Part shown: positions 10,094 through 19,149 of the stretch, piece after piece
Layout of the letters: the number at the start of each line of letters is the position of its first letter
Numbering within the stretch: position 1 is the stretch's first letter
NCBI GenBank assembly: GCA_963714795.1
Contig: CAVQPS010000009.1
Location: 550,709 to 614,708 of the forward strand
Length of the DNA stretch: 64,000 nucleotides
Source of the DNA: an uncultured Ignavibacteriales bacterium
Lineage (GTDB): Bacteria > Bacteroidota > Ignavibacteria > UBA10030 > SZUA-254
Direction: 5' to 3'
The notes under the pieces: model-generated
Database searches by the model: none
Told to the model about the DNA's origin: nothing
The model's input: the letters and a program-made list of their open reading frames with translations, nothing else
Program-made: the position numbers and the translations under genes

Positions 10094-10978
10094 TTAACGG
10101 CGTCCGCCGTGTCCACCGCCGCCGCCGCTGCTACGACCACCACCACCACCGCCACCGCTGCGACCGCCACCACCGCCGCCGCCGCCGCCGGATATATGAG
10201 GCGCCGAAAAGTGCTGAGGTGCAGATGCCCTGTAGCTGCGATCACTCGACCGTCCTGCCGAACTTTTCGCATGAGATTGTGACGAGGCATTTGGTGATCT
10301 ATAATATCTCTGTGCAGCATTTCGATTCATATACACATGATTCGATCCGCTACGTACACCGGCAGATCGTCCGTTTACCGTACTTGTATTCGTTCGGGAT
10401 GGAGTTGGTCCGGACATCGGTGTTGCGAGCCGAGCCGCCCGTGGTAAACCGTTTCCGCTCGTTGCATTTGTGTTGATTCCTGCCGCTCCGCGACCGGCTT
10501 CAATTTGCGATTGTCTTACTAAACGTCCCATGGAGGGCGTACGTGTGACTCCGTAACCGTGCCGACCGCCATATCCGTAACCGCCGTGATAATGTCCTCC
10601 GTAATATGCACCCGGAAGATATCCGTATCCATACCATGGATATCCGAAGAACGCTGTGCCAAAATACCACGGATAATAATCGGGACCCCAAATATTGCCA
10701 TACGAATATCCGAGGCCATAGGAAGGATAATAATAATCGAACCCGACTTGCGGACGATAGTATCCGTCGCAATTTCCGTTGTCGCAATCCTGATTATATC
10801 CCTGCATCGAATCTCCGTTTGCCATATATGCGGTGTCCCCATTCGCTTGTGAATAGGTATAGTCACCGTTATCGGGAGTTTCTTCACGCATCGTTTTCAA
10901 TTGCGTGTAACAACCGGAAAACAATACGAATAGTCCTCCGATCAGGGGTATCAATAATAGAGATAAGTTTCGTTTCAT
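10094..10978 (-). CDS. Gly/Tyr-rich secreted lipoprotein with a poly-Gly C-terminal tail
   Basis: Signal peptide with a lipobox-like 'LFSGC'. The central region is extremely rich in Y/G/W/P ('YYPWYFG...GYGYGG'). The C-terminus 'GGGGGGGGGRSGGGGGGGRSSGGGGGHGG' is encoded by a (GGN)n triplet run at 10094..10200. Confidence 0.55.
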   Translation of the reverse strand: MKRNLSLLLIPLIGGLFVLFSGCYTQLKTMREETPDNGDYTYSQANGDTAYMANGDSMQGYNQDCDNGNCDGYYRPQVGFDYYYPSYGLGYSYGNIWGPDYYPWYFGTAFFGYPWYGYGYLPGAYYGGHYHGGYGYGGRHGYGVTRTPSMGRLVRQSQIEAGRGAAGINTNATSGNGLPRAARLATPMSGPTPSRTNTSTVNGRSAGVRSGSNHVYMNRNAAQRYYRSPNASSQSHAKSSAGRSSDRSYRASAPQHFSAPHISGGGGGGGGGRSGGGGGGGRSSGGGGGHGGRR

Positions 10979-11175
10979 AATATACCTGCGCTTTCTGAAT
11001 GTTCTAACAAATAAAATACAATTCCAGTGCCAAAAACGTCTCCCGGTTCATTAATAATGTACACATATAATGCGCTGAAATCAACACTTTTTGAACGTCA
11101 AAAACCGCAAATGCTCCTGCTGTACATTGAATTGGACAAGATTAAGGACAAAATGTTTAATTTTCAGTACATCTC

Positions 11176-11967
11176 TTACATTGCTTGTACATATTCCAGC
11201 ATGAGTGTGCGGTTACCGATGCTGATTTCTTGTTGATTTTGGATGATGTCTTTCAGATTCATTCCCAGCGAAAATCCTTTTCCAACCGAAATGCGAAAAC
11301 CGAGATTTGCATATCCGCGGCCTCTGCCGAGAGCATCTCCGTTGTTGTCGTTGGAACCGAGATTGTATTCTCCGAAACAGGAGATGAACGGACCGAGAGT
11401 TTTTTCGATGCCGACGAAAAAGTTCGGCGATTCGTTTCCATCTGCGCGCTCCAGACTGTAATTGATGCCGCCATGCAGACTCAGGAAACCCATCACTTTA
11501 TAATTCTTGCTCCCGACGGCATAGAATCCCAACGATTTGATGGTGTAGCGGTTAAGTTGATCGATGTATTCTCCTTTTCCCTGTGAATCAAAACCGAGTG
11601 CGATCGCGGGCAATACGATCGTCTCTTCGATAACACGAAAGCGTGCGGCAAATCCGGGAGTGCTGTTCCATGCCGGTTTTTCCGTGCCGATGATATGGCT
11701 ACCACCGAAGGAAATGCCGAGTACCAGCCGGTTGAATGCACCGATAGATAATGTCGAGAGAACACCATCCTGTTCGTAAAATTCCATGTCGAGCGCAACA
11801 TCGCCGTGCGGAATGATTCCCGCCGTCGGAAGATCGATGAGGTACCGCGGCTCGATGGTCGACTCCGAACCGGCGGAACCCTGCGCCAGCAGACATTCGC
11901 TTACAAGGAAAAAACTACAAACGACTGCGATGAATAACGTTCTTCTGAATATGATTTGATTCATCAT
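11176..11967 (-). CDS. hypothetical outer-membrane/secreted protein
   Basis: 263 aa with a signal peptide and beta-rich alternating hydrophobic pattern. It is co-directional with the two downstream OM genes. Confidence 0.45.
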   Translation of the reverse strand: MMNQIIFRRTLFIAVVCSFFLVSECLLAQGSAGSESTIEPRYLIDLPTAGIIPHGDVALDMEFYEQDGVLSTLSIGAFNRLVLGISFGGSHIIGTEKPAWNSTPGFAARFRVIEETIVLPAIALGFDSQGKGEYIDQLNRYTIKSLGFYAVGSKNYKVMGFLSLHGGINYSLERADGNESPNFFVGIEKTLGPFISCFGEYNLGSNDNNGDALGRGRGYANLGFRISVGKGFSLGMNLKDIIQNQQEISIGNRTLMLEYVQAM

Positions 11968-12119
11968 TGACGAAATATATCGAATTCATTTTACCCAATC
12001 AATAATTACCGCATCCGTTGCTTTTCATTCGAAAAGAATCTAAATTTAATATGAAGAAACATAATCACTGTTCGCCGTGTTCTTAAATATATCATACCAA
12101 CGATAATAATGACGAAATT

Positions 12120-13631
12120 ATGAACTCTCCCGCAACCATCGGTGCGTTACGAAAAACCGGATACAAAGTCCTTTCCGTCAAAGATGAAATCCGAAAGAAC
12201 CTGATCGACAAGATCAAACGAAAGGAAACGCTCTTCCCGGCAATTGTCGGGTTTGAAGAGACGGTTGTGCCTGCGATCGTCAATGCCGTTCTGGCGAAAC
12301 ACGACATTATGCTGTTGGGTTTGCGCGGGCAGGCAAAATCGCGCATCGTCCGGCAGTTGCCGATGCTGCTCGATGAGTATATTCCGATCATCAAAGGTTG
12401 CGAGATCAACGACAATCCGTACGCTCCGGTTTGTAAACGGTGTTCCGATCTCGTGCGCGAGTGCGGTGATGCAACAGAAATCGAATGGCTGCACCGCGAT
12501 GCTCGGCTCGGCGAAAAACTTGCAACGCCCGACGTGACGATTGCCGATCTCATCGGCGACATCGATCCGATCAAAGCCGCGGCACAGCGGCTTCATTATT
12601 CGCATGAAGGCGCGATCCATTTCGGCATCATCCCGCGCACGAACCGCGGCATTTTTGCGATCAACGAACTGCCCGATCTCCAGCCGCGTATCCAGGTCGG
12701 TTTGTTCAATATTATGGAAGAAAAAGATATCCAGATCCGCGGCTTCAATGTCCGCATACCGCTCGACATCCTGATCGTCTTCACCGCGAATCCCGAAGAT
12801 TATACCAACCGCGGCAATATTATCACGCCGTTGAAAGACCGTATCGATTCACAGATCTTTACGCATTACCCGCGAACTGTTGAGGATGCTATCCGCATCA
12901 CCGAACAGGAAGCGTGGACACAACGGAACGGTAAAAAACTGATCATTCCGCAATACTTCAAAGAGATTATCGAGCACATCGCGTTCGAAGCGCGCAAGAG
13001 CGAATTTGTCGACCAGAAATCGGGCGTGAGTGCGCGTATGACGATCGCCGCGATGGAAAATCTGGTGAGCAACGCCGAGCGCCGGGCGATTCTGACGAAC
13101 GATTCCTGCCTCGTTCCGCGTGTCTGCGATCTTCCGCACGTTCTTCCCGGCATGACCGGCAAGATCGAACTGGTCTTCGAAGGCGAACAGGAAGGTCCGA
13201 CGAAAGTCGGCAAGGCACTGATCGGAAAAGCTGTGCGCGAAGTGTTCAAAAAATATTTTCCCGATCCGCTCCAGCGAAAAGCTCAGCGTCCGCGTACGAC
13301 CGAAACTCACCAACCCGCAGAAGATCCGGAGTACGGTAAAGTGACGGCATGGTTCGAAGGCGGCAACAAGATCGAGATCGCCGACGATATGCCGGTCGAT
13401 GCGTACTACAGCGAGCTTGATAAAGTCAAAGGACTTCGTGAGCTTACCAAGAAGCATATGAAAATTGCCGACGACGCGAAATACGAGCTTGCCTCAGCGA
13501 TGGAATTTGCGCTCGACGGGTTGCACCAGTTCTCAAAAATTGCAAAGTATGAAGTCGATCACGTGATCGAATACAAAGACCTTGTCGGCAGTATCTTCGC
13601 CGGACGCGGACGGGGCGAAGAGGAAGACTGA
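12120..13631 (+). CDS. AAA+ ATPase, ChlI/MoxR-like (magnesium-chelatase family)
   Basis: The Walker A region 'HDIMLLGLRGQAKS' and the Walker B/sensor region 'IFAINELPDL...RIPLDILIVFTANPED' are present, with a long C-terminal extension (503 aa in total). Its stop overlaps the start of the next gene. Confidence 0.7.
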   Translation: MNSPATIGALRKTGYKVLSVKDEIRKNLIDKIKRKETLFPAIVGFEETVVPAIVNAVLAKHDIMLLGLRGQAKSRIVRQLPMLLDEYIPIIKGCEINDNPYAPVCKRCSDLVRECGDATEIEWLHRDARLGEKLATPDVTIADLIGDIDPIKAAAQRLHYSHEGAIHFGIIPRTNRGIFAINELPDLQPRIQVGLFNIMEEKDIQIRGFNVRIPLDILIVFTANPEDYTNRGNIITPLKDRIDSQIFTHYPRTVEDAIRITEQEAWTQRNGKKLIIPQYFKEIIEHIAFEARKSEFVDQKSGVSARMTIAAMENLVSNAERRAILTNDSCLVPRVCDLPHVLPGMTGKIELVFEGEQEGPTKVGKALIGKAVREVFKKYFPDPLQRKAQRPRTTETHQPAEDPEYGKVTAWFEGGNKIEIADDMPVDAYYSELDKVKGLRELTKKHMKIADDAKYELASAMEFALDGLHQFSKIAKYEVDHVIEYKDLVGSIFAGRGRGEEED

Positions 13632-14731
13632 TGCGATTTCTCTATTCCAAATGGACGCCGGGATCAATGACCGACGCGCAACGGCTCGAAGAGCTGATGT
13701 CGCTCTTCAGTTACCTGCTGCTGCAGACCAGCGGCGACGTTGAAGAAGCGATCGAGTGGCTTCGGCAACTTGCAAAGGAATATGGCATCTTCGATGAAAC
13801 GCTTACCGTCGAAGACCTAATCCAGAAATTGAAAGAGATGGGGATCATCGAGGAAGTCGATGATGTGAAAACCCTGACGACAAAAGGCGTTCAGCGTATC
13901 CGCCAGGACGCGCTGAAAGAAATCTTCACGTCGCTCAGGAAAGGCGGCGCCGGCACGCACGAAACGCCGTACACCGGAAAAGGAGTCGACCGGCTCAGTG
14001 AAACGAAAAAATGGGCGATCGGCGACGCGGCGAACAACATCGATCTCACCTCGACGCTGACGAACGCGTTCAAGCGCGGCGGCATCGAGGACTTCACATT
14101 GAAAGAAGAAGACCTCGAAGTCTACGAAACCGAACACACGACCTCCTGCGCCACGATCCTCATGCTCGATATCAGTCACAGCATGGTGCTCTACGGCGAA
14201 GACCGTATCACGCCCGCGAAACAGGTTGCTCTTGCGCTTGCCGAGCTGATCTCGCAGAAATATCCGAAGGATTACCTTGCTTTGGTCGTCTTCGGAGACG
14301 ATGCGAAACTCGTGAGTCTTGCCGAACTGCCGTTCCTCAATGTCGGACCGTTTCATACCAATACGCGTGCCGGACTGCAGATGGCGCGCAATCTCCTGCG
14401 CCGGAAACGATCTGCTAACAAGCAAATTTTCATGGTGACCGACGGCAAACCGTCGGCGATGTTCGACGACAGCGGGCGTTTGTATAAAAATTCGTTCGGT
14501 CTCGACCCGCGCATCGTGAACAAAACGCTCGACGAAGCGGTTGCCTGCCGCCGTGAGAAAATTACGATCAGCACGTTCATGGTGGCGCGCGATCAGTATC
14601 TTATTAATTTTGTTGAAGAGCTTACCAAAGCCAACCAGGGGAGAGCGTACTACTCACAATTGCAAAATCTGGGAGAGTTTATTTTCGTCGATTACATACG
14701 CAACCGCAGAAAAAAATTCGGGACGATGTAA
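13631..14731 (+). CDS. VWA-domain protein (partner of the preceding ATPase)
   Basis: The MIDAS motif 'LDISHSM' (DxSxS) and a downstream 'VTDGKPS' are present. It is translationally coupled to the ATPase. Confidence 0.75.
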   Translation: MRFLYSKWTPGSMTDAQRLEELMSLFSYLLLQTSGDVEEAIEWLRQLAKEYGIFDETLTVEDLIQKLKEMGIIEEVDDVKTLTTKGVQRIRQDALKEIFTSLRKGGAGTHETPYTGKGVDRLSETKKWAIGDAANNIDLTSTLTNAFKRGGIEDFTLKEEDLEVYETEHTTSCATILMLDISHSMVLYGEDRITPAKQVALALAELISQKYPKDYLALVVFGDDAKLVSLAELPFLNVGPFHTNTRAGLQMARNLLRRKRSANKQIFMVTDGKPSAMFDDSGRLYKNSFGLDPRIVNKTLDEAVACRREKITISTFMVARDQYLINFVEELTKANQGRAYYSQLQNLGEFIFVDYIRNRRKKFGTM

Positions 14732-14786
14732 CAAGTGGTTTGATAGTTTGATAGTTGGATGGTTCCTTGAAATCACCTATCTCGAA

Positions 14787-14904
14787 AATTCCCCGTCTTG
14801 CTGAATTGCTTTTGTTCAGCATCTATTCCAAGCTTGCTTAGTTCAGATTCCGAATAGAATTCCCAAGGGGATCACTTTGTGACATTTCGGAAAGACGGGG
14901 TATT
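14787..14904 (+). repeat. small element with terminal inverted repeats, copy 1 (related to 33689..33795)
   Basis: The termini 'aattccccgtctt' and 'aagacggggtatt' are inverted repeats. The core 'tgttcagcatctat..gattccgaatagaat..atttcggaaagacggggtatt' is shared with copy 2. Confidence 0.5.
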
Positions 14905-14979
14905 ATAAATTGAGGCACTACCCTCGTTTGAATTTCATACAAAATTTGTGCATTTTAGCATAAAGATGCTAACGAATTT

Positions 14980-15732
14980 ATGATTCTCGTCATTCCGGCA
15001 ATCGATATCAAAGGAGGAAAATGCGTCCAGATGGTGCGGGGCGTCGCGGGATTCGTGTACTCCGACGATCCGATCGAAATGGCAAAACTCTGGCGCAAAG
15101 AAAATGCGAAAGCTCTGCACGTGACCGATATCGACGGCGCGATGGAGGGGCATCTCGTGAATTTCGGCATCATTGAAAAAATGGTGCAGACGGTTTCCAT
15201 CCCGATCGTCCTCGCCGGCGGCTTCCGCACATTCGACGAAGTGAAACGGGCATTCGACCTCGGCATTTACCGCGTCGTCATCGAAACGATGCTCATCGAA
15301 ACGCCGGATTTGGCAAAACGTGTGCTCGATACATTCGGCGCCACGCGGGTTGTTGCTGGCATCAGCGCGCAGAACCGCCAGGTTCGCACGCACGGCTGGA
15401 AAGAATTTTCCGGCATGACGGCAATTTCTTTTGCGCTGAATATTGCCGCTCTCGGATTCAAGCGAATTCTTTTCACCGACATCAGCGTCGACGGCACGAT
15501 GCTCGGTCCCAATTTTGCCATGATGAAACAAATTGCCGAAGCGGCACATCTCCGCATCACCTCATCGGGCGGCGTCGCCGGGCTTGAGGATTTATTGAAA
15601 CTGCAGGAGATGGAACCGCTCGGCATCGATTCCGCCATCATCGGCAGAGCATTGTACGAAAATAAATTTGCCTGCCAGGGCATCTGGCGCATGTGCGAAG
15701 CGGGCAACTATCCCTATACGGCACGACTATGA
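14980..15732 (+). CDS. hisA: HisA-family (beta/alpha)8 phosphoribosyl isomerase
   Basis: The N-terminus 'MILVIPAIDIKGGKCVQMVRG' and the C-terminus 'AIIGRALYENKF' are HisA-like, at 250 aa. No other his genes are in the window. Confidence 0.7.
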   Translation: MILVIPAIDIKGGKCVQMVRGVAGFVYSDDPIEMAKLWRKENAKALHVTDIDGAMEGHLVNFGIIEKMVQTVSIPIVLAGGFRTFDEVKRAFDLGIYRVVIETMLIETPDLAKRVLDTFGATRVVAGISAQNRQVRTHGWKEFSGMTAISFALNIAALGFKRILFTDISVDGTMLGPNFAMMKQIAEAAHLRITSSGGVAGLEDLLKLQEMEPLGIDSAIIGRALYENKFACQGIWRMCEAGNYPYTARL

Positions 15733-16670
15733 TTATTCCGGTCATCGGACATCTCTGTCTCGATATTATAGAACATCCGGATAAAACCGAAACGCAAAGT
15801 TATGGCGGGATTTTTTTCTCCGTCGTGACGCTTGCCAACCTGCTTTCTGCAAAAGACACGATACGACCGGTCTTCGGTGTCGGCAAAAGCGATTATGATG
15901 CATTGGTCGAACGACTCAACGTGTATCCCAATGTCGACTCATCCGGCATTTTTAAATTCAGCGGACCGACCAATCAGGTCCGGCTGATGTATTCTTCGAA
16001 AGAACAACGCATCGAATGTTCAAAATCAATTTCCGAGCCGATACCGTGGAAACGAATCCGTCCGGAATTGTCGCATGCCGACATGGTGCTCGTGAATATG
16101 ATTTCCGGAATGGATATCACGCTTGAAACGCTTGACGAAATCCGTATGGATGTGCGTGACGATCACGTTCCCGTCTATCTCGATGTGCACAGTTTAACAC
16201 TCGGCATCAATCCGGACTTCACTCGGTTCCATCGTTCCGTCGAACAATGGCGGCGTTGGCTGTTCATGCTTCACGCGGTGCATCTCAACGAAGAAGAAGC
16301 TTCGATTCTGACGAACGAACGGTTGAATGAACCGTCGCTTGCGAAGCATGTCCTTGCGATGAACACGAAGACATTGCACATCACGCGGGGCAAGCGCGGC
16401 GCCACGGCGTATGTCGACGAACATAAACATATTCAGCGGGCCGATTTTGCGGGAATCGAACCGGAAAAAGGAATCGACCCGACCGGCTGCGGCGATGTGT
16501 TTGTAGCGGCATATTGCGCGCATTATATGAAATTCAAAAACATCAACGCGGCTGTCGAGTTTGCGAACCGCGTTGCCGCGCGGAAGGCGCAGATGCCTGG
16601 TTCAACGGACATCGATACGTTATCGTTATTTCGGGTTGAGGATCTTTCGCTTCAGGAGCGCACAGCATGA
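15729..16670 (+). CDS. PfkB-family carbohydrate/nucleoside kinase
   Basis: Carries the 'DPTGCGDVFVAAY' anion-hole/GAGD motif. Its ATG overlaps the hisA stop (ATGA). The ORF track begins at 15693, but the in-frame ATG at 15729 is preferred. Confidence 0.75.
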   Translation: MIIPVIGHLCLDIIEHPDKTETQSYGGIFFSVVTLANLLSAKDTIRPVFGVGKSDYDALVERLNVYPNVDSSGIFKFSGPTNQVRLMYSSKEQRIECSKSISEPIPWKRIRPELSHADMVLVNMISGMDITLETLDEIRMDVRDDHVPVYLDVHSLTLGINPDFTRFHRSVEQWRRWLFMLHAVHLNEEEASILTNERLNEPSLAKHVLAMNTKTLHITRGKRGATAYVDEHKHIQRADFAGIEPEKGIDPTGCGDVFVAAYCAHYMKFKNINAAVEFANRVAARKAQMPGSTDIDTLSLFRVEDLSLQERTA

Positions 16671-17404
16671 ATATTGCTTTGATCGGTCACGGAAATATGG
16701 GAAAAGAAGTCGAGCGGGCTGCGGCGGCCCGCAATATTACCGTCAAAAAGATTTTTAATATTGAAAACAATCTCCGCGGCATCGGTATCACGCCGACTAT
16801 CCTGGACAACGTCGATGTCTGTATTGATTTTTCCGTTCCGTCCGCCGTGGTGAATAATATTTCGATCATTGCCGGATGCGGAAAAAATATCGTTGTCGGA
16901 ACGACCGGCTGGTACGATAAACTCGACGAGGTGAAAAAAATCGTGCACGACAAAAAGATCGGCTTGCTCTACTCGCCGAATTTTTCTCTCGGCATGAATA
17001 TTTTTTATCAGATGGTCGCATCCGCGGTGACGGCAATGGATAAATTCGATATGTACGATATTGCCGTCCAGGAAATTCATCACCGGAAGAAAGCCGATAG
17101 TCCCAGCGGCACGGCTCTGACGTTGAGCCAAATTATTCTTCAGCACACGCGGAGAAAAAAAGAAGTGTTTCACGAACCGTCGCATCATGAAATCAAACCG
17201 GAACAGCTTCATGTCGCCTCACTGCGTGTCGGCAGTGTTGCCGGAACGCATTCGGTGATATTCGATTCGGAATCGGATTCCGTTCAGCTTACGCACACGG
17301 CAAAAAATCGAAGCGGGTTTGCGCTGGGAGCATTGATTGCCGCCGAATGGTTAAAAGGAAAAAAAGGTTTATACACAATGAAGGATGTCTTCACATCGAT
17401 ATGA
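16667..17404 (+). CDS. dapB: 4-hydroxy-tetrahydrodipicolinate reductase
   Basis: 'MNIALIGHGNMGK' Rossmann start, 245 aa, with ATGA overlaps at both ends. Confidence 0.85.
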   Translation: MNIALIGHGNMGKEVERAAAARNITVKKIFNIENNLRGIGITPTILDNVDVCIDFSVPSAVVNNISIIAGCGKNIVVGTTGWYDKLDEVKKIVHDKKIGLLYSPNFSLGMNIFYQMVASAVTAMDKFDMYDIAVQEIHHRKKADSPSGTALTLSQIILQHTRRKKEVFHEPSHHEIKPEQLHVASLRVGSVAGTHSVIFDSESDSVQLTHTAKNRSGFALGALIAAEWLKGKKGLYTMKDVFTSI

Positions 17405-18294
17405 AACGAACGATTCTTTTTAGAGGAACCGGAACCGCGCTCGTCACCCCGTTTACTTCAACGGGAGCAGTTGACGAAAGTGCGTTGCGGAAGCTTGTCG
17501 ATTTTCAAATTAAAAATCGCGTCGAAGCGATTCTGCCGACCGGCACAACCGGCGAGAGTGTGACGCTGACCGATGATGAACAGGTTCGTGTTGTCGAGAT
17601 CGTCCTTGATCAGGCACGCGGGCGCGTAAAAATTATCGCCGGAGCCGGAAGCAACGCGACCGCCAAAGCCATTGCAATTTCCAAGCGAATGGTCAGTGCC
17701 GGAGTGGACGGAATTCTTTCCGTTGCGCCGTACTATAATAAGCCGACGCAGGAAGGTTTCTACCGCCATTATGAAGCGATCGCTTCTGCCGTGCCTGCAC
17801 CGATTGTGATGTATAATGTTCCCGGGAGAACGGCGAGTAATATGGATGCATCAACAACGCTCAGGATTGCCGAAAAAATTCCGACCGTTGCCGGCATTAA
17901 AGAAGCATCGGGAAATTTCGGACAGGTGATGGATATTCTTCGTTACCGCCCGAAAGGATTTGGTGTCTGGTCTGGCGACGATGCAATCACGTTGCCGATG
18001 GTGGCGCTCGGGGCGGACGGCGTCGTGTCTGTCGTTTCGAATGAAGTTCCGAAACAATTTTCGGACATGGTGCGGTTGTGTCTCAAAGGAAAATTTACCG
18101 AAGCGACGGCGCTTCACAATACGTTGCTTGACCTTATGAATGTCAATTTTGTAGAATCGAATCCGATTCCGGTGAAAGCCGCGCTTGCGATGATGGGAAT
18201 GGTGAAAGAATATTACCGCCTGCCGCTTGTGCCGTTGAGCCAGCATCATCGTCCGAAATTGAAAGCAATCCTCAAAGATTTGCGACTGATATAA
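17401..18294 (+). CDS. dapA: 4-hydroxy-tetrahydrodipicolinate synthase
   Basis: The 'ALVTPF...[10 protein letters not shown]' region and the Schiff-base lysine region 'GIKEASGN' are present. The start is taken at the ATG at 17401, which overlaps the dapB stop. Confidence 0.85.
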   Translation: MKRTILFRGTGTALVTPFTSTGAVDESALRKLVDFQIKNRVEAILPTGTTGESVTLTDDEQVRVVEIVLDQARGRVKIIAGAGSNATAKAIAISKRMVSAGVDGILSVAPYYNKPTQEGFYRHYEAIASAVPAPIVMYNVPGRTASNMDASTTLRIAEKIPTVAGIKEASGNFGQVMDILRYRPKGFGVWSGDDAITLPMVALGADGVVSVVSNEVPKQFSDMVRLCLKGKFTEATALHNTLLDLMNVNFVESNPIPVKAALAMMGMVKEYYRLPLVPLSQHHRPKLKAILKDLRLI

Positions 18295-18310
18295 AACTGA
18301 AAATTTTCGA

Positions 18311-19141
18311 ATGAATCTTCAGCAAACAATCGAACAATTGTACGAAAGCGCGCCAGCGCATGTCGATAAAAAAAATGCGTTGAACGCAATCGGTGAATTG
18401 AAATCTGCACTCAACAATGGCGGCGTTCGCGCCGCGGAATTTCAGAACGGTTCATGGCACGTTAACACATGGGTGAAGAAAGGGATTCTGCTCGCTTTTC
18501 GTTTCGGCTCGTTGAAAGAAATCAATAACGGTGCGTTTCCGTTTTTCGATAAAGAAACGATGACGCTGAAACAATTTTCGATGAATGATAATGTCCGCAT
18601 CGTGCCGGGCGGAAGCGCCGTGCGCGACGGTTCCTTTGTTGCCAACGGCGTCGTGATGATGCCGCCGTCGTACGTGAATATCGGCGCGTATGTCGACGAA
18701 GGAACAATGATCGATTCGCATGCGTTGATCGGCTCGTGCGCGCAAATCGGCAAACGTGTTCATGTGAGCGCTGCGGCGCAGATCGGCGGTGTGCTGGAAC
18801 CGATCGGTTCATTGCCGGTGATCGTGGAAGACGACGTGTTCATCGGCGGCAACTGCGGCGTGTACGAAGGGACGATCATAAAACGCCGCGCTGTCATTGC
18901 TTCCGGAGTAATCCTGACCGGCGGAACGCCGGTATACGATATCGTTCATTCAAAAATTTATAAAAGGACGGCGAACGAACCGCTGTCCATTCCGGAAAAT
19001 GCAGTTGTCGTTGCCGGCAACAGGCACATTCATCAGCCGTTTGCGAAAGAACATCACCTTTCAATCTATACGCCTGTGATAATCAAGTACCGTGATGAAA
19101 AGACCGACGCATCGACGGTGCTTGAAGAAAGTTTGCGGTAA
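18311..19141 (+). CDS. dapD: tetrahydrodipicolinate N-acyl(succinyl)transferase
   Basis: Hexapeptide-repeat left-handed beta-helix segments ('[22 protein letters not shown]', '[12 protein letters not shown]'), 276 aa, adjacent to dapA. Confidence 0.7.
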   Translation: MNLQQTIEQLYESAPAHVDKKNALNAIGELKSALNNGGVRAAEFQNGSWHVNTWVKKGILLAFRFGSLKEINNGAFPFFDKETMTLKQFSMNDNVRIVPGGSAVRDGSFVANGVVMMPPSYVNIGAYVDEGTMIDSHALIGSCAQIGKRVHVSAAAQIGGVLEPIGSLPVIVEDDVFIGGNCGVYEGTIIKRRAVIASGVILTGGTPVYDIVHSKIYKRTANEPLSIPENAVVVAGNRHIHQPFAKEHHLSIYTPVIIKYRDEKTDASTVLEESLR

Positions 19142-19149
19142 CCTGGCGG

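Noticed and set aside
10094-10200. Short tandem GC-rich repeat that could be mistaken for a CRISPR or VNTR locus.
   Set aside because: It is an in-frame triplet repeat encoding the poly-Gly tail of a signal-peptide protein. No spacer/repeat organisation is present.
10078-10476. Plus-strand ORFs (132 aa and 63 aa) with poly-His/Arg and poly-Ala/Thr runs.
   Set aside because: These are reverse-frame readings of the (GGN)n triplet repeat. The minus-strand lipoprotein gene has a signal peptide and operon context. It is not a CRISPR array or a separate gene.
12092-13457. Several minus-strand ORFs (157 to 202 aa) across the ATPase gene.
   Set aside because: They are antisense to an AAA+ gene with clear Walker motifs. 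They are shadow ORFs from a GC-rich coding region.
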